From a virus (lineage: Duplodnaviria > Caudoviricetes), in IMG/VR virus record IMGVR_UViG_3300049167_000085, positions 1-32,043 of that record: a DNA stretch of 32,043 nt; one strand, given 5' to 3'. Below, piece by piece: positions 18,259-26,909 of the stretch. How positions within the stretch are numbered: position 1 is the first letter of the stretch; every line of letters begins with the position of its first letter. Under the pieces are notes generated by a model. It ran no database searches, had not been told where the DNA came from, and saw only the letters and a program-made list of their open reading frames with translations. The position numbers and the translations under genes are program-made.

Positions 18259-19149
18259 CTACGCGCCGGTCAGGCGGACGAACCGGTTCACGTCGCGTAC
18301 GGCGAAACCGATCTCCACCTCGGCCCGGATCGCGAACATGTTGCGCTGCCAGAGGTTGATCGTGGTCGCGCCGTCGGTGAGCGTGGCCTGGTCGGACTCG
18401 GAGATGGAGATCCCGGTGACCATGCCGTACATCGCCGCCGACCAGTCCCCGCCGAAACCGACGGTGTCCGGCGCCGGGTCGACGCCCGCGTCATAGACGT
18501 GGCGGGACAGGTAGGCAGGCCGGCCCAGGAACATGCCGATGCTGCGGCCCTCGGCCTGGAGGTTGGAGATGAAAAGCGGCCGGTCGTTGCCGTCCACCGC
18601 ACTGAGAGCGAGCGCCTCGCCCTGCGGGGCCAGCGCCCACGCCGACAGGGTGCCGCTCGCCGCCGCCACCGACGAGATCGCCGCGACCAGCCCGTTGTAC
18701 ATGGTCTGGTCGGTGGTGTTGTCGATGGACACCGCCGGGGCCGCCGCCAGCGTGTCGAACCCCGACCCCGGGGCGGGACCGAACAGCACCGACTCGTCGA
18801 ACTGCTTGGCGATCGCACCCGCCAGGCGGGGCCGCATCGCGTTGTACAGGCCGGGCAGGTCGCGCCGGAACTCCATCGAGAACGGCTCGATCACCGCCAG
18901 CTTGTACGGGGTCAGCAGCTTGTTGCCGAACGTCCCGCGGCTGACGGGCTTCTCCGCGGTCTCCGCCACCCACGACGCCTCAGGGTCGCCCGTGATGATG
19001 GGGATGGACACGCCGCGGCCGGGCATGTCGATCCGGCGGGCGAGCTGCATGACGATGGACTGCTCCTGGGCGTCGGCCCAGATGTCGCTGGACACCGCCG
19101 GGGGCAGGTTGACCCCGGCGGTGGTGCGGTTGATGTCGATACCCGCCAT
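18259..19149 (-). CDS. Major capsid protein (HK97 fold, 296 aa)
   Basis: ASWVAE...KP, KLAVI..FS.E, DGNDRPLF, GDWS, NLWQRNMFAIRAEVEIGF motifs; GGGAGG RBS. Confidence 0.95.
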   Translation of the reverse strand: MAGIDINRTTAGVNLPPAVSSDIWADAQEQSIVMQLARRIDMPGRGVSIPIITGDPEASWVAETAEKPVSRGTFGNKLLTPYKLAVIEPFSMEFRRDLPGLYNAMRPRLAGAIAKQFDESVLFGPAPGSGFDTLAAAPAVSIDNTTDQTMYNGLVAAISSVAAASGTLSAWALAPQGEALALSAVDGNDRPLFISNLQAEGRSIGMFLGRPAYLSRHVYDAGVDPAPDTVGFGGDWSAAMYGMVTGISISESDQATLTDGATTINLWQRNMFAIRAEVEIGFAVRDVNRFVRLTGA

Positions 19150-19200
19150 CGCGGGCCTCCCTTCTGGCCCCCGACGGGGGCACAGCCCCCACTGCGGGGG

Positions 19201-19713
19201 CTACTGGTCGAATAGGGCTGCGAACTGCTGAGCGGGACCGGACTCGGCGTCCGGGGACTGGCCGCGGGTGGGGTCGGGCCGGGGGCCGCGCTTGGGCTTG
19301 TCCTCCTCGGCGCGGGCGGCGAGCTTGGTCGCGAGGACCTTGGCGCGCTCGTCGAGCTCCTCCTCTGACTCGCCCGTGAGGAACCCCAGGAGCTCGTCGT
19401 CGAGGCCGTGCCGGCGTGCGGCGCGCTCGCGCCACAGCTCGTGCTGGTGGCGGGACGCGGCGCCGAGCGCCTCCTCGTACTGGCCCTGGAGCCGCTCCAG
19501 CTCGGACTTCTTCGCGTCCTCCAGCTCCTGGAGGCGCTGCGCGGCCGGGGCCAGCTCCTTGGTGCGCTGCTCGTGCTTGCGCGCGAGCGTCTTCCACTTG
19601 GCGGCTTCGGCTTCCCAGTCCTTCTCCGCGCGCGGCTGCTGCTCGGTGGTCGCCTCCGTGTCGGCGGCGGCCTGTCCGCTGGTGTCCGCGGCGGTGTTGT
19701 CCTGCTCGGACAT
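19201..19713 (-). CDS. Capsid scaffolding protein (170 aa)
   Basis: Acidic N-terminus, coiled coil (EAAKWK, EDAKKSELE), PRPDPTRG C-terminal motif; directly before the capsid gene. Confidence 0.88.
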   Translation of the reverse strand: MSEQDNTAADTSGQAAADTEATTEQQPRAEKDWEAEAAKWKTLARKHEQRTKELAPAAQRLQELEDAKKSELERLQGQYEEALGAASRHQHELWRERAARRHGLDDELLGFLTGESEEELDERAKVLATKLAARAEEDKPKRGPRPDPTRGQSPDAESGPAQQFAALFDQ

Positions 19714-19809
19714 GCGTGTCTCCCATGTCGGGTCGGTGGTGCAGCCCCCTGTCGGGGCATGCGCAGACCCCGGCCGCCACATGGGCGCCGGGGTGGTCTC
19801 GGTGGGGGG

Positions 19810-20571
19810 TCAGGCCGCGGCGGCGGCTTGCCGCTCGGATTGCTGGGAGTCGATCCAGCGCCGCCAGTCGCGCAGGTTGCCGTTGGCGTGCTCGTCCCAG
19901 GCCCGCGAGAGTTCGAGGTACTGGTCGCGGCCCGGCCAGTCGGACCGGTCGTAGACGGCGACGACCTCGCAGTCGCACCGGTTATGGAACGGCTCCCCGA
20001 TCGGGCGGGCGTTGCGCCCGCGACCGATGTGGCGGATCAGAGCAGCCGAGGCTGAGCGGTACACGGGGCCGCGGCTGGCCAACATGGTGCAGAACGCGCA
20101 CGTGTACGCGCCCGTGATACGGCGGGCGTACCCGATCGCCTCCGGGTCGTGGCGTGCGGCGTCGATGACGCCCTGCCGGCCGCCGTCTTTGGCGTGCCGG
20201 TCGACGACCAGCACCGCCTCCTCCACCACCACCGCCGGAACGTCGTCATCGTCGCCCAGCGCGTCCAAGGGCGGCTTCACCAGCTCCCGCAGGCCCTTGT
20301 CCAGAGCCTCCACCGGGTAGTCCCGTCGGGGGAACTCCACGGGCGAGTCGGTGCCGAGCATGCGGTCGCGCTCGGCGCGGTAGGCCCGCTCCGCCAGCCG
20401 CCAGTAGTCCATCCGCGCCCGGTAGGTGATCGGGTACAGGGCCTCCACCAGCGCCGCCCACTCCCGCGGCGTCGGACGCGGCCGCATTCCCGTTCGAAGG
20501 ACGGGAACCAGCACCGCCCGCAGCGCCGAGGCGATCCCCGCGCGCCGCCGCCGGCGCTCCTCCGGCGTCAC
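19810..20571 (-). CDS. MuF/VG15-like head morphogenesis protein (often annotated capsid maturation protease)
   Basis: GYARR...CAFCTMLASRGPVY and FHNRCDC..V.V motifs; follows the portal. Confidence 0.82.
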   Translation of the reverse strand: MTPEERRRRRAGIASALRAVLVPVLRTGMRPRPTPREWAALVEALYPITYRARMDYWRLAERAYRAERDRMLGTDSPVEFPRRDYPVEALDKGLRELVKPPLDALGDDDDVPAVVVEEAVLVVDRHAKDGGRQGVIDAARHDPEAIGYARRITGAYTCAFCTMLASRGPVYRSASAALIRHIGRGRNARPIGEPFHNRCDCEVVAVYDRSDWPGRDQYLELSRAWDEHANGNLRDWRRWIDSQQSERQAAAAA

Positions 20572-21893
20572 GCCGCCGGCTCCGGCACGGCCGCCCGGTC
20601 GGCCTCCAGGAACCGCACCGCCGGGTCAGTGTCATCGAGCGCCCGCAGATGCCGCCGGTACTCCGGCGAGAACCCCATCTGCTCCCACGCCCCCTCCTTC
20701 GGCAGCAAACCGCTGGTGAAGAGCTTGACCACGGCGTCGGCCTTAGCCGCATAGGTCGGCGTCGACGGATCCCGCCACACCGTCTCCAGGCGTCGGGCCG
20801 CGGCGTCGTCGTCGCCGACGAACCGCAGCGCCATGCGCATGACGCGCTCCCACGTCTCCCCGAACGCCCTGCTGCGCCGCTCGGCGCGCTTCACCAGCCG
20901 CGCCTCCGAGGAGCGGATCGCGTCCGCGGAGGCCGGGTTGTCCGTGGACATCCCGAGGAAGTGCGGCGGAAGCCCGGTGACACTGGCGACCATGCGCGCG
21001 TAGTGATTGATGACCTCGGTGAAATTCCGCAGGTCAGCGCCCTGCAACTGGCCGATCTTCGCCTCGTGGTTGCCCAGCGCCAGAAACCGGCCAATGTAGG
21101 CCTCCCACACCGGCACCGCCTTGCCGTGCTGGTCGACGAAATCCTCCTGCGTGCCGCCGAGCACATACCGGGTCGGAACCGCCAGGAACTCCTGCGCCGC
21201 CTGCAAGTTGGTGAGGCTCCGGCATGCGGCGTCGGTCAGCTCCATCACGTCACGCATCTCCGTGACCCCGCCCCGGTCCGACAACCGGGCCCGGTTCACC
21301 AGCGGCACCACCGCGACCTCGTCCAGCGCGAACTCGTCACTGGTGTCGACCTTCCACCGGCCGTTGGACTGGCGGTAGGTGACGTTCTTGGCGGGGAGCT
21401 GGAGGACAGCGCCCGACGGCTGGCCCGTCTCGTCCCGCTCGAACACCCGGACCGCCCACCGCAAAGCGCGCGTCGCCGGGTCCACGTCCACCGCCATCGA
21501 CCGCGCCGACTCCACCGTGATCACCGGAGGATCGTCGTCGGACTCGCCGGCGGCCACCGTCACATAGGAGCGGCCCAGCACCAGGGCGTCCAAGTGGGCG
21601 AGGCTGCTCTCCTCGTCGAGGTCGTTGGCCTGCCACCAGTCCCACAGCCGCTCGTCGGCGCCCGAGGACCCGCCGAGCTGGAACCCCTCGACGTCGAGGC
21701 GCTCCTCCAAGCTGTCGACGGTCAGCCCCGGCCAGTTGATGACGACCCGCAGATCCTCCAGGCCGGGCGGCAGCGCCAACCCCATGGCGCGCAGCCGCTG
21801 GGACCCCTGGTAGTAGCAGTCCAGCCGCTTCACGTGGGCCAGGTGGGCGTCGATCTTCTCCAGGCCCGCGGTGAGGGTTTCGAGTTCGGTCAC
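20568..21893 (-). CDS. Portal protein (SPP1 gp6-like, 441 aa)
   Basis: YYQG, INWP.L.VD...ERL, WQANDLD, NPASADAIR..E.RLVK motifs; GTGA overlap with TerL. Confidence 0.94.
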   Translation of the reverse strand: MTELETLTAGLEKIDAHLAHVKRLDCYYQGSQRLRAMGLALPPGLEDLRVVINWPGLTVDSLEERLDVEGFQLGGSSGADERLWDWWQANDLDEESSLAHLDALVLGRSYVTVAAGESDDDPPVITVESARSMAVDVDPATRALRWAVRVFERDETGQPSGAVLQLPAKNVTYRQSNGRWKVDTSDEFALDEVAVVPLVNRARLSDRGGVTEMRDVMELTDAACRSLTNLQAAQEFLAVPTRYVLGGTQEDFVDQHGKAVPVWEAYIGRFLALGNHEAKIGQLQGADLRNFTEVINHYARMVASVTGLPPHFLGMSTDNPASADAIRSSEARLVKRAERRSRAFGETWERVMRMALRFVGDDDAAARRLETVWRDPSTPTYAAKADAVVKLFTSGLLPKEGAWEQMGFSPEYRRHLRALDDTDPAVRFLEADRAAVPEPAA

Positions 21894-23524
21894 CGGAACA
21901 CCACCACCCTCCGGTCGACGGGCCGGTCCTTGCCGGAGGCCGCGAGTTCGTGCTGCGCCATGTCGGCGAGCAGCATCCCCGCCCACCCGTCCACCTTGTG
22001 CCGGGACCCCCGGCGGTCCTTACCGAACGAGATTCCGTACCGGTTCGGGCGGCGCCGCGCGTTCAGCACATGCCGGCGCAACCGCACGTCCCCGGTGTGC
22101 TTCACCTTGCCGTCGGCCACCGCCGCCACCAGGCGCTCATTCGCCAGCGTCGACTGCTGCAACCGGCCGCGCATGTCCCACGCGATCGGCTCCTTCGTCG
22201 ACGCCTTCACCAGCAGCCGCTCCCGGTAGTCCCGCGTCCACGCGTCGATGTAGGACTCCCAGTGCTCCACGTCCGCGAACGCCGCCACCACGTCGTACAG
22301 CTCGAACGCCGTGTGCACGGCCTCGTCGACGGCTTCCCGGTCGACCTCCCACCCCTCGCCGGCGGGCCCATCCGGGCGCTCCCACATCCCCAGCAGCTGG
22401 AACAGGCGGTCGGAGACACGGCAGGCGATGAGCACCGTCGAGTCCTCGCGGATCGACCCGTCGAACCCGAGCACGATCCGGTCGCCCGCCTCTAGCCGGT
22501 CGCCGCTCTTGCACGCGTCCCACTCGACCGGGGACACCAGTCCGTCCTCGGCGGTCACCACCTGGTTCAGGTAGAACCGTCGGGCGTCCGCCGGGTGGGT
22601 GCCCAGGTCGTAGATCTCCGCGATCACCCGGTCGACGTCGACCCACGGGGCGTCGGCGTACAACTCGACCAGGCCGGCGCGCAGCTCATCGGCGTCGCCG
22701 AGGTCGCGCACCTGCGCCTGCGGGTGGTAGCGCATCAGCCCGAGGTCGACCGCGTCACCCGAGGCGATCTTGTCGGCGTAGATGGCGGTCTGCTCCGCCA
22801 CCGACTCCTCGCCCGGCGTCCACGCGTTCGTGGTCTCCAGCGACCGGCCGTTCATCTTGCCCAGGTTGCGGCGCAGGGTCGCGGCCATGCGAACCCCGCC
22901 GTTGCTGGTCGTCCACAGGTGCGGCTCGTCCAGGATCGCGTCGGTCAACCGCTGGCCCTCACGGCTGGGGGCGCTCGCGGTGACGGGCTCCAGCTTGCCG
23001 TTGCGGGTACGCACCCGCGTCAACCCCAGATCCAGGCCCGGGATCGCGTCCGCGGCCTCGCCGTCGCGCAGCATGGACAGCACCAGCGACATCGTGTTGT
23101 CCGTCTGGTCCTGCGACACCGCCGCCAACTGCACGTGCGGCGACGGGTGCGGCCGGCCCACCGCCTCGCCCGCGGCGTCGAACCCGTCGAACACCACGTC
23201 GGCGGCCAGAGCGCAGCACGACAGCGCCGCCGCCAGCGGCGACTTACCGGAGCCCTTCGGGAGGACGATCTGCCCGCGGCGAAACAGCCACCGGCCGCGC
23301 AGATCCACCGCGAACCACCACGCGATCAGCCGCGCCTGCGTAGGCGTCCACTGCCACGGGTCGCCCGCACGGTCACCGTCCGGCTGCGCCAGGAACTCCT
23401 CGCCCCACGCCAGCACACCCCAGCCCAGCGTCGGAACACCGTGGTCCGAGGGCATCCCCTCCGGCAGCCCGTCCGCGGCCAGAAGGATCCTCTGGTCGCC
23501 GACCACCAGGCACGGCGCGCTCAT
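21890..23524 (-). CDS. terL: Terminase large subunit (544 aa)
   Basis: Walker A PKGSGKS, Walker B AILDEPH, RRFYLNQ, nuclease GFDGS and KVDG; ATGA overlap with TerS. Confidence 0.95.
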   Translation of the reverse strand: MSAPCLVVGDQRILLAADGLPEGMPSDHGVPTLGWGVLAWGEEFLAQPDGDRAGDPWQWTPTQARLIAWWFAVDLRGRWLFRRGQIVLPKGSGKSPLAAALSCCALAADVVFDGFDAAGEAVGRPHPSPHVQLAAVSQDQTDNTMSLVLSMLRDGEAADAIPGLDLGLTRVRTRNGKLEPVTASAPSREGQRLTDAILDEPHLWTTSNGGVRMAATLRRNLGKMNGRSLETTNAWTPGEESVAEQTAIYADKIASGDAVDLGLMRYHPQAQVRDLGDADELRAGLVELYADAPWVDVDRVIAEIYDLGTHPADARRFYLNQVVTAEDGLVSPVEWDACKSGDRLEAGDRIVLGFDGSIREDSTVLIACRVSDRLFQLLGMWERPDGPAGEGWEVDREAVDEAVHTAFELYDVVAAFADVEHWESYIDAWTRDYRERLLVKASTKEPIAWDMRGRLQQSTLANERLVAAVADGKVKHTGDVRLRRHVLNARRRPNRYGISFGKDRRGSRHKVDGWAGMLLADMAQHELAASGKDRPVDRRVVVFR

Positions 23525-23892
23525 CCCGCGTCCCGCTTGCCCCACCGCGCCCGGGCCGCCGCGCGCGCCTGCTCCGAGGTGCGCGCCGACTTCTGCTTCG
23601 TGCCCGCCGGCGTGTCCGGAAGCTTCAGCGCCTTCAGCAACGCGGCCAGGACCGTTCGGTGCTGGCGGACCTCCGAGACCAGCGGCGACGCCACCAACTG
23701 GCCCTGGGAGCCCTTCACCATCAACGGCGAATCAGCGAGCTCGTCCTCCAGCCGCTGCACGATGTCGGCCTGGCGGCACGCGTCGTGCAGCAGGCGCACC
23801 TCATCGGCGCGCAGCTCGTAGGCCGGGACGATCGAGGCCCACAAGGCGGCGCCGGCAAGGCCCAGGTTCGCGGGGGGTTCGGGGGCGGGCAT
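23521..23892 (-). CDS. terS: Terminase small subunit (123 aa)
   Basis: P..L...G..LW, GSQGQ.V..PL..E.RQHR, L.LPD, R.AA.ARW motifs; directly before TerL. Confidence 0.88.
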   Translation of the reverse strand: MPAPEPPANLGLAGAALWASIVPAYELRADEVRLLHDACRQADIVQRLEDELADSPLMVKGSQGQLVASPLVSEVRQHRTVLAALLKALKLPDTPAGTKQKSARTSEQARAAARARWGKRDAG

Positions 23893-23904
23893 CGTGCACC
23901 CCCT

Positions 23905-24624
23905 TCACGCTGCGGCCAGGACGTCGGGCTGGTAGTAGGTCTCATCGCCGCGCACCGAGTTGCACCAGCGGTGCGCCAGGCGCAGGTTCTCCGGGGAGTG
24001 GTCCGGCTCGTCCGTCCACGCCCGGCACACGATGTGGTCCAAGGTCGCCGCCCAGTTGTCCAAGTGCGGCAGGTTGGGGTCGACCGGTTCGAAGCAGAGC
24101 TGGCAGATCCACCCGTCGCGCTCGTAGACCGCCAGTCGCGTCGCCCTGGTCACAAACCCGGATCGGGCCAGTCGCCGCTTCCTCTGCTTGCGGCACTCCG
24201 GCGAGCACGTCCGCGCACCGTGGAGCTGCGTGGCGAACCCGGCCCCGCATTCGGAGCACGCGCCGACCACCCACGGGGTGCGGCCACGCGTGCCTCGGGC
24301 GAACCGCTGCGCTCGACGCGCCGCTGCGGCCCGCCGTTTCTCAGCAGGCGACAGCTTGCGCTTCCGGTTCTCGCCGTGCTGGTGCGCGTTCTGGCAGGTG
24401 AACGAGCAGTACTTGGCGTTCCTCGTTCGAGTTGCCCATACCTTCCCGCAGGCCACGCACGTGCGGGGCAATCTGCGATGCCCGCTGTTTCCTCGCTTGG
24501 CCCGCCACACTTTCCCGTACGTCTTGGACCTCGCGTTGGCGTGTGCACGTCGACATGCATCGGCACCGCACTGCACGCGACGAGATTCCGGCATAGGCGA
24601 TCCGCAATAGGGACAGGGGTTCAC
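23905..24624 (-). CDS. HNH endonuclease with multiple N-terminal Zn-ribbon modules (homing-type, 239 aa)
   Basis: Repeated CxxC / CSxxC motifs; VYERDGWICQLC...LDHIV...NLRLAHRWCNS HNH core; CAGGAG RBS. Confidence 0.88.
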   Translation of the reverse strand: MNPCPYCGSPMPESRRVQCGADACRRAHANARSKTYGKVWRAKRGNSGHRRLPRTCVACGKVWATRTRNAKYCSFTCQNAHQHGENRKRKLSPAEKRRAAAARRAQRFARGTRGRTPWVVGACSECGAGFATQLHGARTCSPECRKQRKRRLARSGFVTRATRLAVYERDGWICQLCFEPVDPNLPHLDNWAATLDHIVCRAWTDEPDHSPENLRLAHRWCNSVRGDETYYQPDVLAAA

Positions 24625-24644
24625 GTCGTCTCCTGGAAACGCGA

Positions 24645-24671
24645 AGGCCCCGAGCCAGGAACTCGGGGCCT
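24645..24671 (-). terminator. Strong hairpin upstream of the large HNH gene
   Basis: Perfect 10-bp stem AGGCCCCGAG/CTCGGGGCCT, followed on the minus strand by TCGCGTTT. Confidence 0.55.
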
Positions 24672-24778
24672 CCTTCCCCTGGGGATCAGCCAGGGGCGCC
24701 TACAGCCGCGCACAGGCGGCATTCAGTTATCGAGGGGTCGGAAAAGCCGGGCAGACCGCACGCACGGCCTCAGGCGCT

Positions 24779-24789
24779 ATCACGCTCCG
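24779..24789 (-). other. Candidate cos (3' overhang) CGGAGCGTGAT
   Basis: Non-coding gap after the small HNH gene; bracketed by an 8-bp inverted repeat GCAGACCG (24751-24758)/CGGTCTGC (24788-24795); resembles CGG-initial 11-nt overhangs of Streptomyces siphophages as recalled. Confidence 0.5.
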
Positions 24790-24846
24790 GTCTGCGACCC
24801 CGCCAGGGGGAGGTTGGCCCCCCTGGGGTCGTCTCCGCCGCGTCCG

Positions 24847-25143
24847 CTACTTCTTGCGCAGCCCTGGGTGGGCTTCGGGTTCGCGGTTTATCTTCGGCCG
24901 CTTCAGCGCGGCGGCGCGCCCGCCTTCTGCTGCGCTCTTGCGTGCGTGGCAGGGCCACTTGTGGATGGGGCCGAGGTTTTCGAGGGAGTGGTCGTCGCCG
25001 GGGTTCTTGTGGTCGACGTCGTTGGCGCCGGGTTTGCCGCACACGTAGCAGATGTGGCCGTCGCGGGCGAATACGGCGGGGCGGACGCGGCTGTCCCAGT
25101 CAGGCGGAAGGCGGTCGCGCCTTGTGCTGCGTTCCCATGCCAT
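24847..25143 (-). CDS. Terminase-associated HNH endonuclease (HK97 gp74-like, 98 aa)
   Basis: W..S.RR.RLP.DW, RDGHICYVC, DVDH, DHSLENL...CH..KS..EG, E.HPG motifs; adjacent to the packaging region. Confidence 0.9.
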   Translation of the reverse strand: MAWERSTRRDRLPPDWDSRVRPAVFARDGHICYVCGKPGANDVDHKNPGDDHSLENLGPIHKWPCHARKSAAEGGRAAALKRPKINREPEAHPGLRKK

Positions 25144-25145
25144 GG

Positions 25146-25346
25146 CTACTGGTTCCGTCTGTCGCCGGGCCAGAAGCCGTTCATATCGAAGTGCCATTGG
25201 GCGCATATGCGTTTGGCTCGGTCGGAGCCCACGTGCTTGTCGAGGGCGCGTTGGCACCGTGTGAAGTCGCCGGGTGTGCCCCACCTGATGCGGGGGGCGC
25301 CCTTGCCGTACTTCCAGTACTGCTCGAGGTCGTTTTCGACGGCCAT
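25146..25346 (-). CDS. Conserved actinophage hypothetical protein (IRWGTPGDFxRC motif, 66 aa)
   Basis: YW..GKGA.RIRWGTPGDFTRC...CAQWH...G.WPG; stop 2 nt before the HNH start. Confidence 0.75.
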   Translation of the reverse strand: MAVENDLEQYWKYGKGAPRIRWGTPGDFTRCQRALDKHVGSDRAKRICAQWHFDMNGFWPGDRRNQ

Positions 25347-25445
25347 GTCACCCCCGGGTTTACTCCGCGTCCTGATCCGGCCAGGGAAGTCGGCGGGTAG
25401 CGGGGCCGGTTTAGGTTGATCGCAACCGCCGGCTTGGGAGGGCTC

Positions 25446-25664
25446 ATGGCTTACGATCCGCGCTACCACCAGCAGCCGTACCAGCATCATCCGCGCGTGC
25501 GGAAGTCCGTGGAGAAGCAGCGCGGCCTTGGGGGGTGCGCGAACTCGACGCACTTGCTCTTGACGGCCTGCACGTGCGGGCTCTGGCTGTTCGTGTGGAT
25601 CCCGTGGTGGATCATCCGAGTGCTGATCCCGCGCCGGCGGACGACGAAGCACTACTACCAGTAG
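25446..25664 (+). CDS. Small membrane protein, counter-oriented moron (72 aa)
   Basis: GGGAGG RBS; HLLLTACTCGLWLFVWIPWWII hydrophobic hairpin flanked by basic residues. Confidence 0.78.
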   Translation: MAYDPRYHQQPYQHHPRVRKSVEKQRGLGGCANSTHLLLTACTCGLWLFVWIPWWIIRVLIPRRRTTKHYYQ

Positions 25665-25672
25665 GGGGAGCT

Positions 25673-25834
25673 ATGGCGAAGTTCATCATCAATAAGGAGT
25701 ACGAGAACGAGCGCGAGGTGGAGGCGAGTCACTTCCGCACCGTCGGCGAGTTCATCGACTTCGAGTCTGGTGACGGGATCGTGCTGAGGATTCGCGCATC
25801 GTCCGTCGAGACCGTGCATCAGGTCTTCGGTTAG
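25673..25834 (+). CDS. Small beta-rich hypothetical protein, counter-oriented moron (53 aa)
   Basis: GGGGGAG RBS; MAKFIINKEYENEREVEASHFRTVGEFIDF...; 8 nt after the previous stop. Confidence 0.7.
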   Translation: MAKFIINKEYENEREVEASHFRTVGEFIDFESGDGIVLRIRASSVETVHQVFG

Positions 25835-25837
25835 GCG

Positions 25838-25884
25838 CCCGGCCGCGCTCGACGCTCACCCCCAGGAAGCGGAGCGCGGCCGGG
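25838..25884. terminator. Bidirectional terminator-like inverted repeat between convergent genes
   Basis: Perfect 13-bp arms CCCGGCCGCGCTC/GAGCGCGGCCGGG. Confidence 0.65.
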
Positions 25885-25888
25885 ACGA

Positions 25889-26044
25889 TCATGGGGTGGT
25901 GGGGTTCTCGATCTCGTCGGCCATGGCCCGGAGCGCGGCGGCGAGGTCGGTCGGCCCGCGCTCGGGGCGGCTGAGGATCATCTCGCTGACCTGGACGGGT
26001 TCTTCGTCTTCGAGCTGGAGGAGGACGCGGACCACGACGGGCAT
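25889..26044 (-). CDS. Small hypothetical protein (51 aa, not in the ORF track)
   Basis: ATG 2 nt after the upstream stop; MPVVVRVLLQLEDEEPVQV...DLAAALRAMADEIE. Confidence 0.65.
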   Translation of the reverse strand: MPVVVRVLLQLEDEEPVQVSEMILSRPERGPTDLAAALRAMADEIENPTTP

Positions 26045-26046
26045 GG

Positions 26047-26325
26047 TCAGTTCTCGACCGGCTCGTAGACGTCGGCGAAGACGTCCGGCTTGCAGGGGTA
26101 AAGCTCACCTGCTGTGCCGCGGATGATCCAGTCGCCTACGGAGGCGCGCATGTCGCCTTCGAGGGTGTAGATGACGACTCCCTCGTGCAGGCCGCGCCCC
26201 GGTCCGGGGAGCATGTCCTTGGCAACCTTGCCTTGGCGCCCCATGAAGGCTTCGACTTCGCCCAGGTTGTCGCCGGTGTAGTGGACGGCTTCGACCTCGA
26301 TGGGCTTCTTGCGGTACTTGGGCAT
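26047..26325 (-). CDS. Conserved phage protein (PGDYG-like, 92 aa)
   Basis: KYRKKPIEVEA...TLEG.M.AS.GDWIIRG..GE.YPCKPD.F...YE signature; AAGGAG RBS. Confidence 0.88.
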   Translation of the reverse strand: MPKYRKKPIEVEAVHYTGDNLGEVEAFMGRQGKVAKDMLPGPGRGLHEGVVIYTLEGDMRASVGDWIIRGTAGELYPCKPDVFADVYEPVEN

Positions 26326-26385
26326 GGGGTTCTCCTTGGGGGTGGGTGCCCGGCCGCGTCCGCCCTCAGGAAGCGGCCGGGACGA

Positions 26386-26643
26386 TCAGGCGGCGCGGGC
26401 GTACCGGCTCCAGGTGCGCAGCCGTGCCCGTCGCTTCTTGACGTCGGCGCCGGTCACCCAGTGCACGGTGGACCGGGCGGCCATGGGGACGGTACGGATG
26501 CCGGGTTCTCCGGAGGTCGACCACAGGGTGAGCACGGTCGCGGTACTCAGCGGGTGGGGCGCCGATCCGAGGTAGATGGCAGGATCCCGGCCTCCGCCGT
26601 CTACGAGGTCGCCGGGTTGGAGCTGGGCAAGGGGGACGTCCAC
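26386..26643 (-). CDS. Hypothetical protein (85 aa)
   Basis: TAAGGAGG RBS before GTG; LQPGDLV SH3-like start, basic C-terminus. Confidence 0.7.
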   Translation of the reverse strand: MDVPLAQLQPGDLVDGGGRDPAIYLGSAPHPLSTATVLTLWSTSGEPGIRTVPMAARSTVHWVTGADVKKRRARLRTWSRYARAA

Positions 26644-26702
26644 AGGCGCGCCTCCTTAAGGGGGTGCGCCCGACGGCGGGGACGGGAGGCCGCCGGGCAC
26701 GT

Positions 26703-26894
26703 CTAGTCGCGCTTCCAGGTGCGCCGGTGGTGGTAGCCGAGGACGTCGGAGGCGACGAGCAGCACGACCGCGACGGCGAGGGCGGTGAGGCCGACGCCCT
26801 GGTGCAGGTGGAGTTCGATCACCTGGCGGACGATGAGCGCGGCCATGCCGATGAGCGCGAGGGTGAGCCCGGTGATCAGCAGGGCGAACCTCAT
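26703..26894 (-). CDS. Small two-TM membrane protein (63 aa), first gene of the late transcript
   Basis: GGAGG-tggcc-ATG; two hydrophobic helices and a basic tail. Confidence 0.7.
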   Translation of the reverse strand: MRFALLITGLTLALIGMAALIVRQVIELHLHQGVGLTALAVAVVLLVASDVLGYHHRRTWKRD

Positions 26895-26909
26895 GGCCAC
26901 CTCCGGGCA

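Noticed and set aside
21890-23524. Intein or intron in the terminase
   Set aside because: Normal length (544 aa), continuous motifs, no splice-junction signatures
24660-24850. tRNA or other known ncRNA in the structured intergenic gap
   Set aside because: No cloverleaf or T-loop GTTCGA pattern; hairpins are better explained as packaging or leader elements
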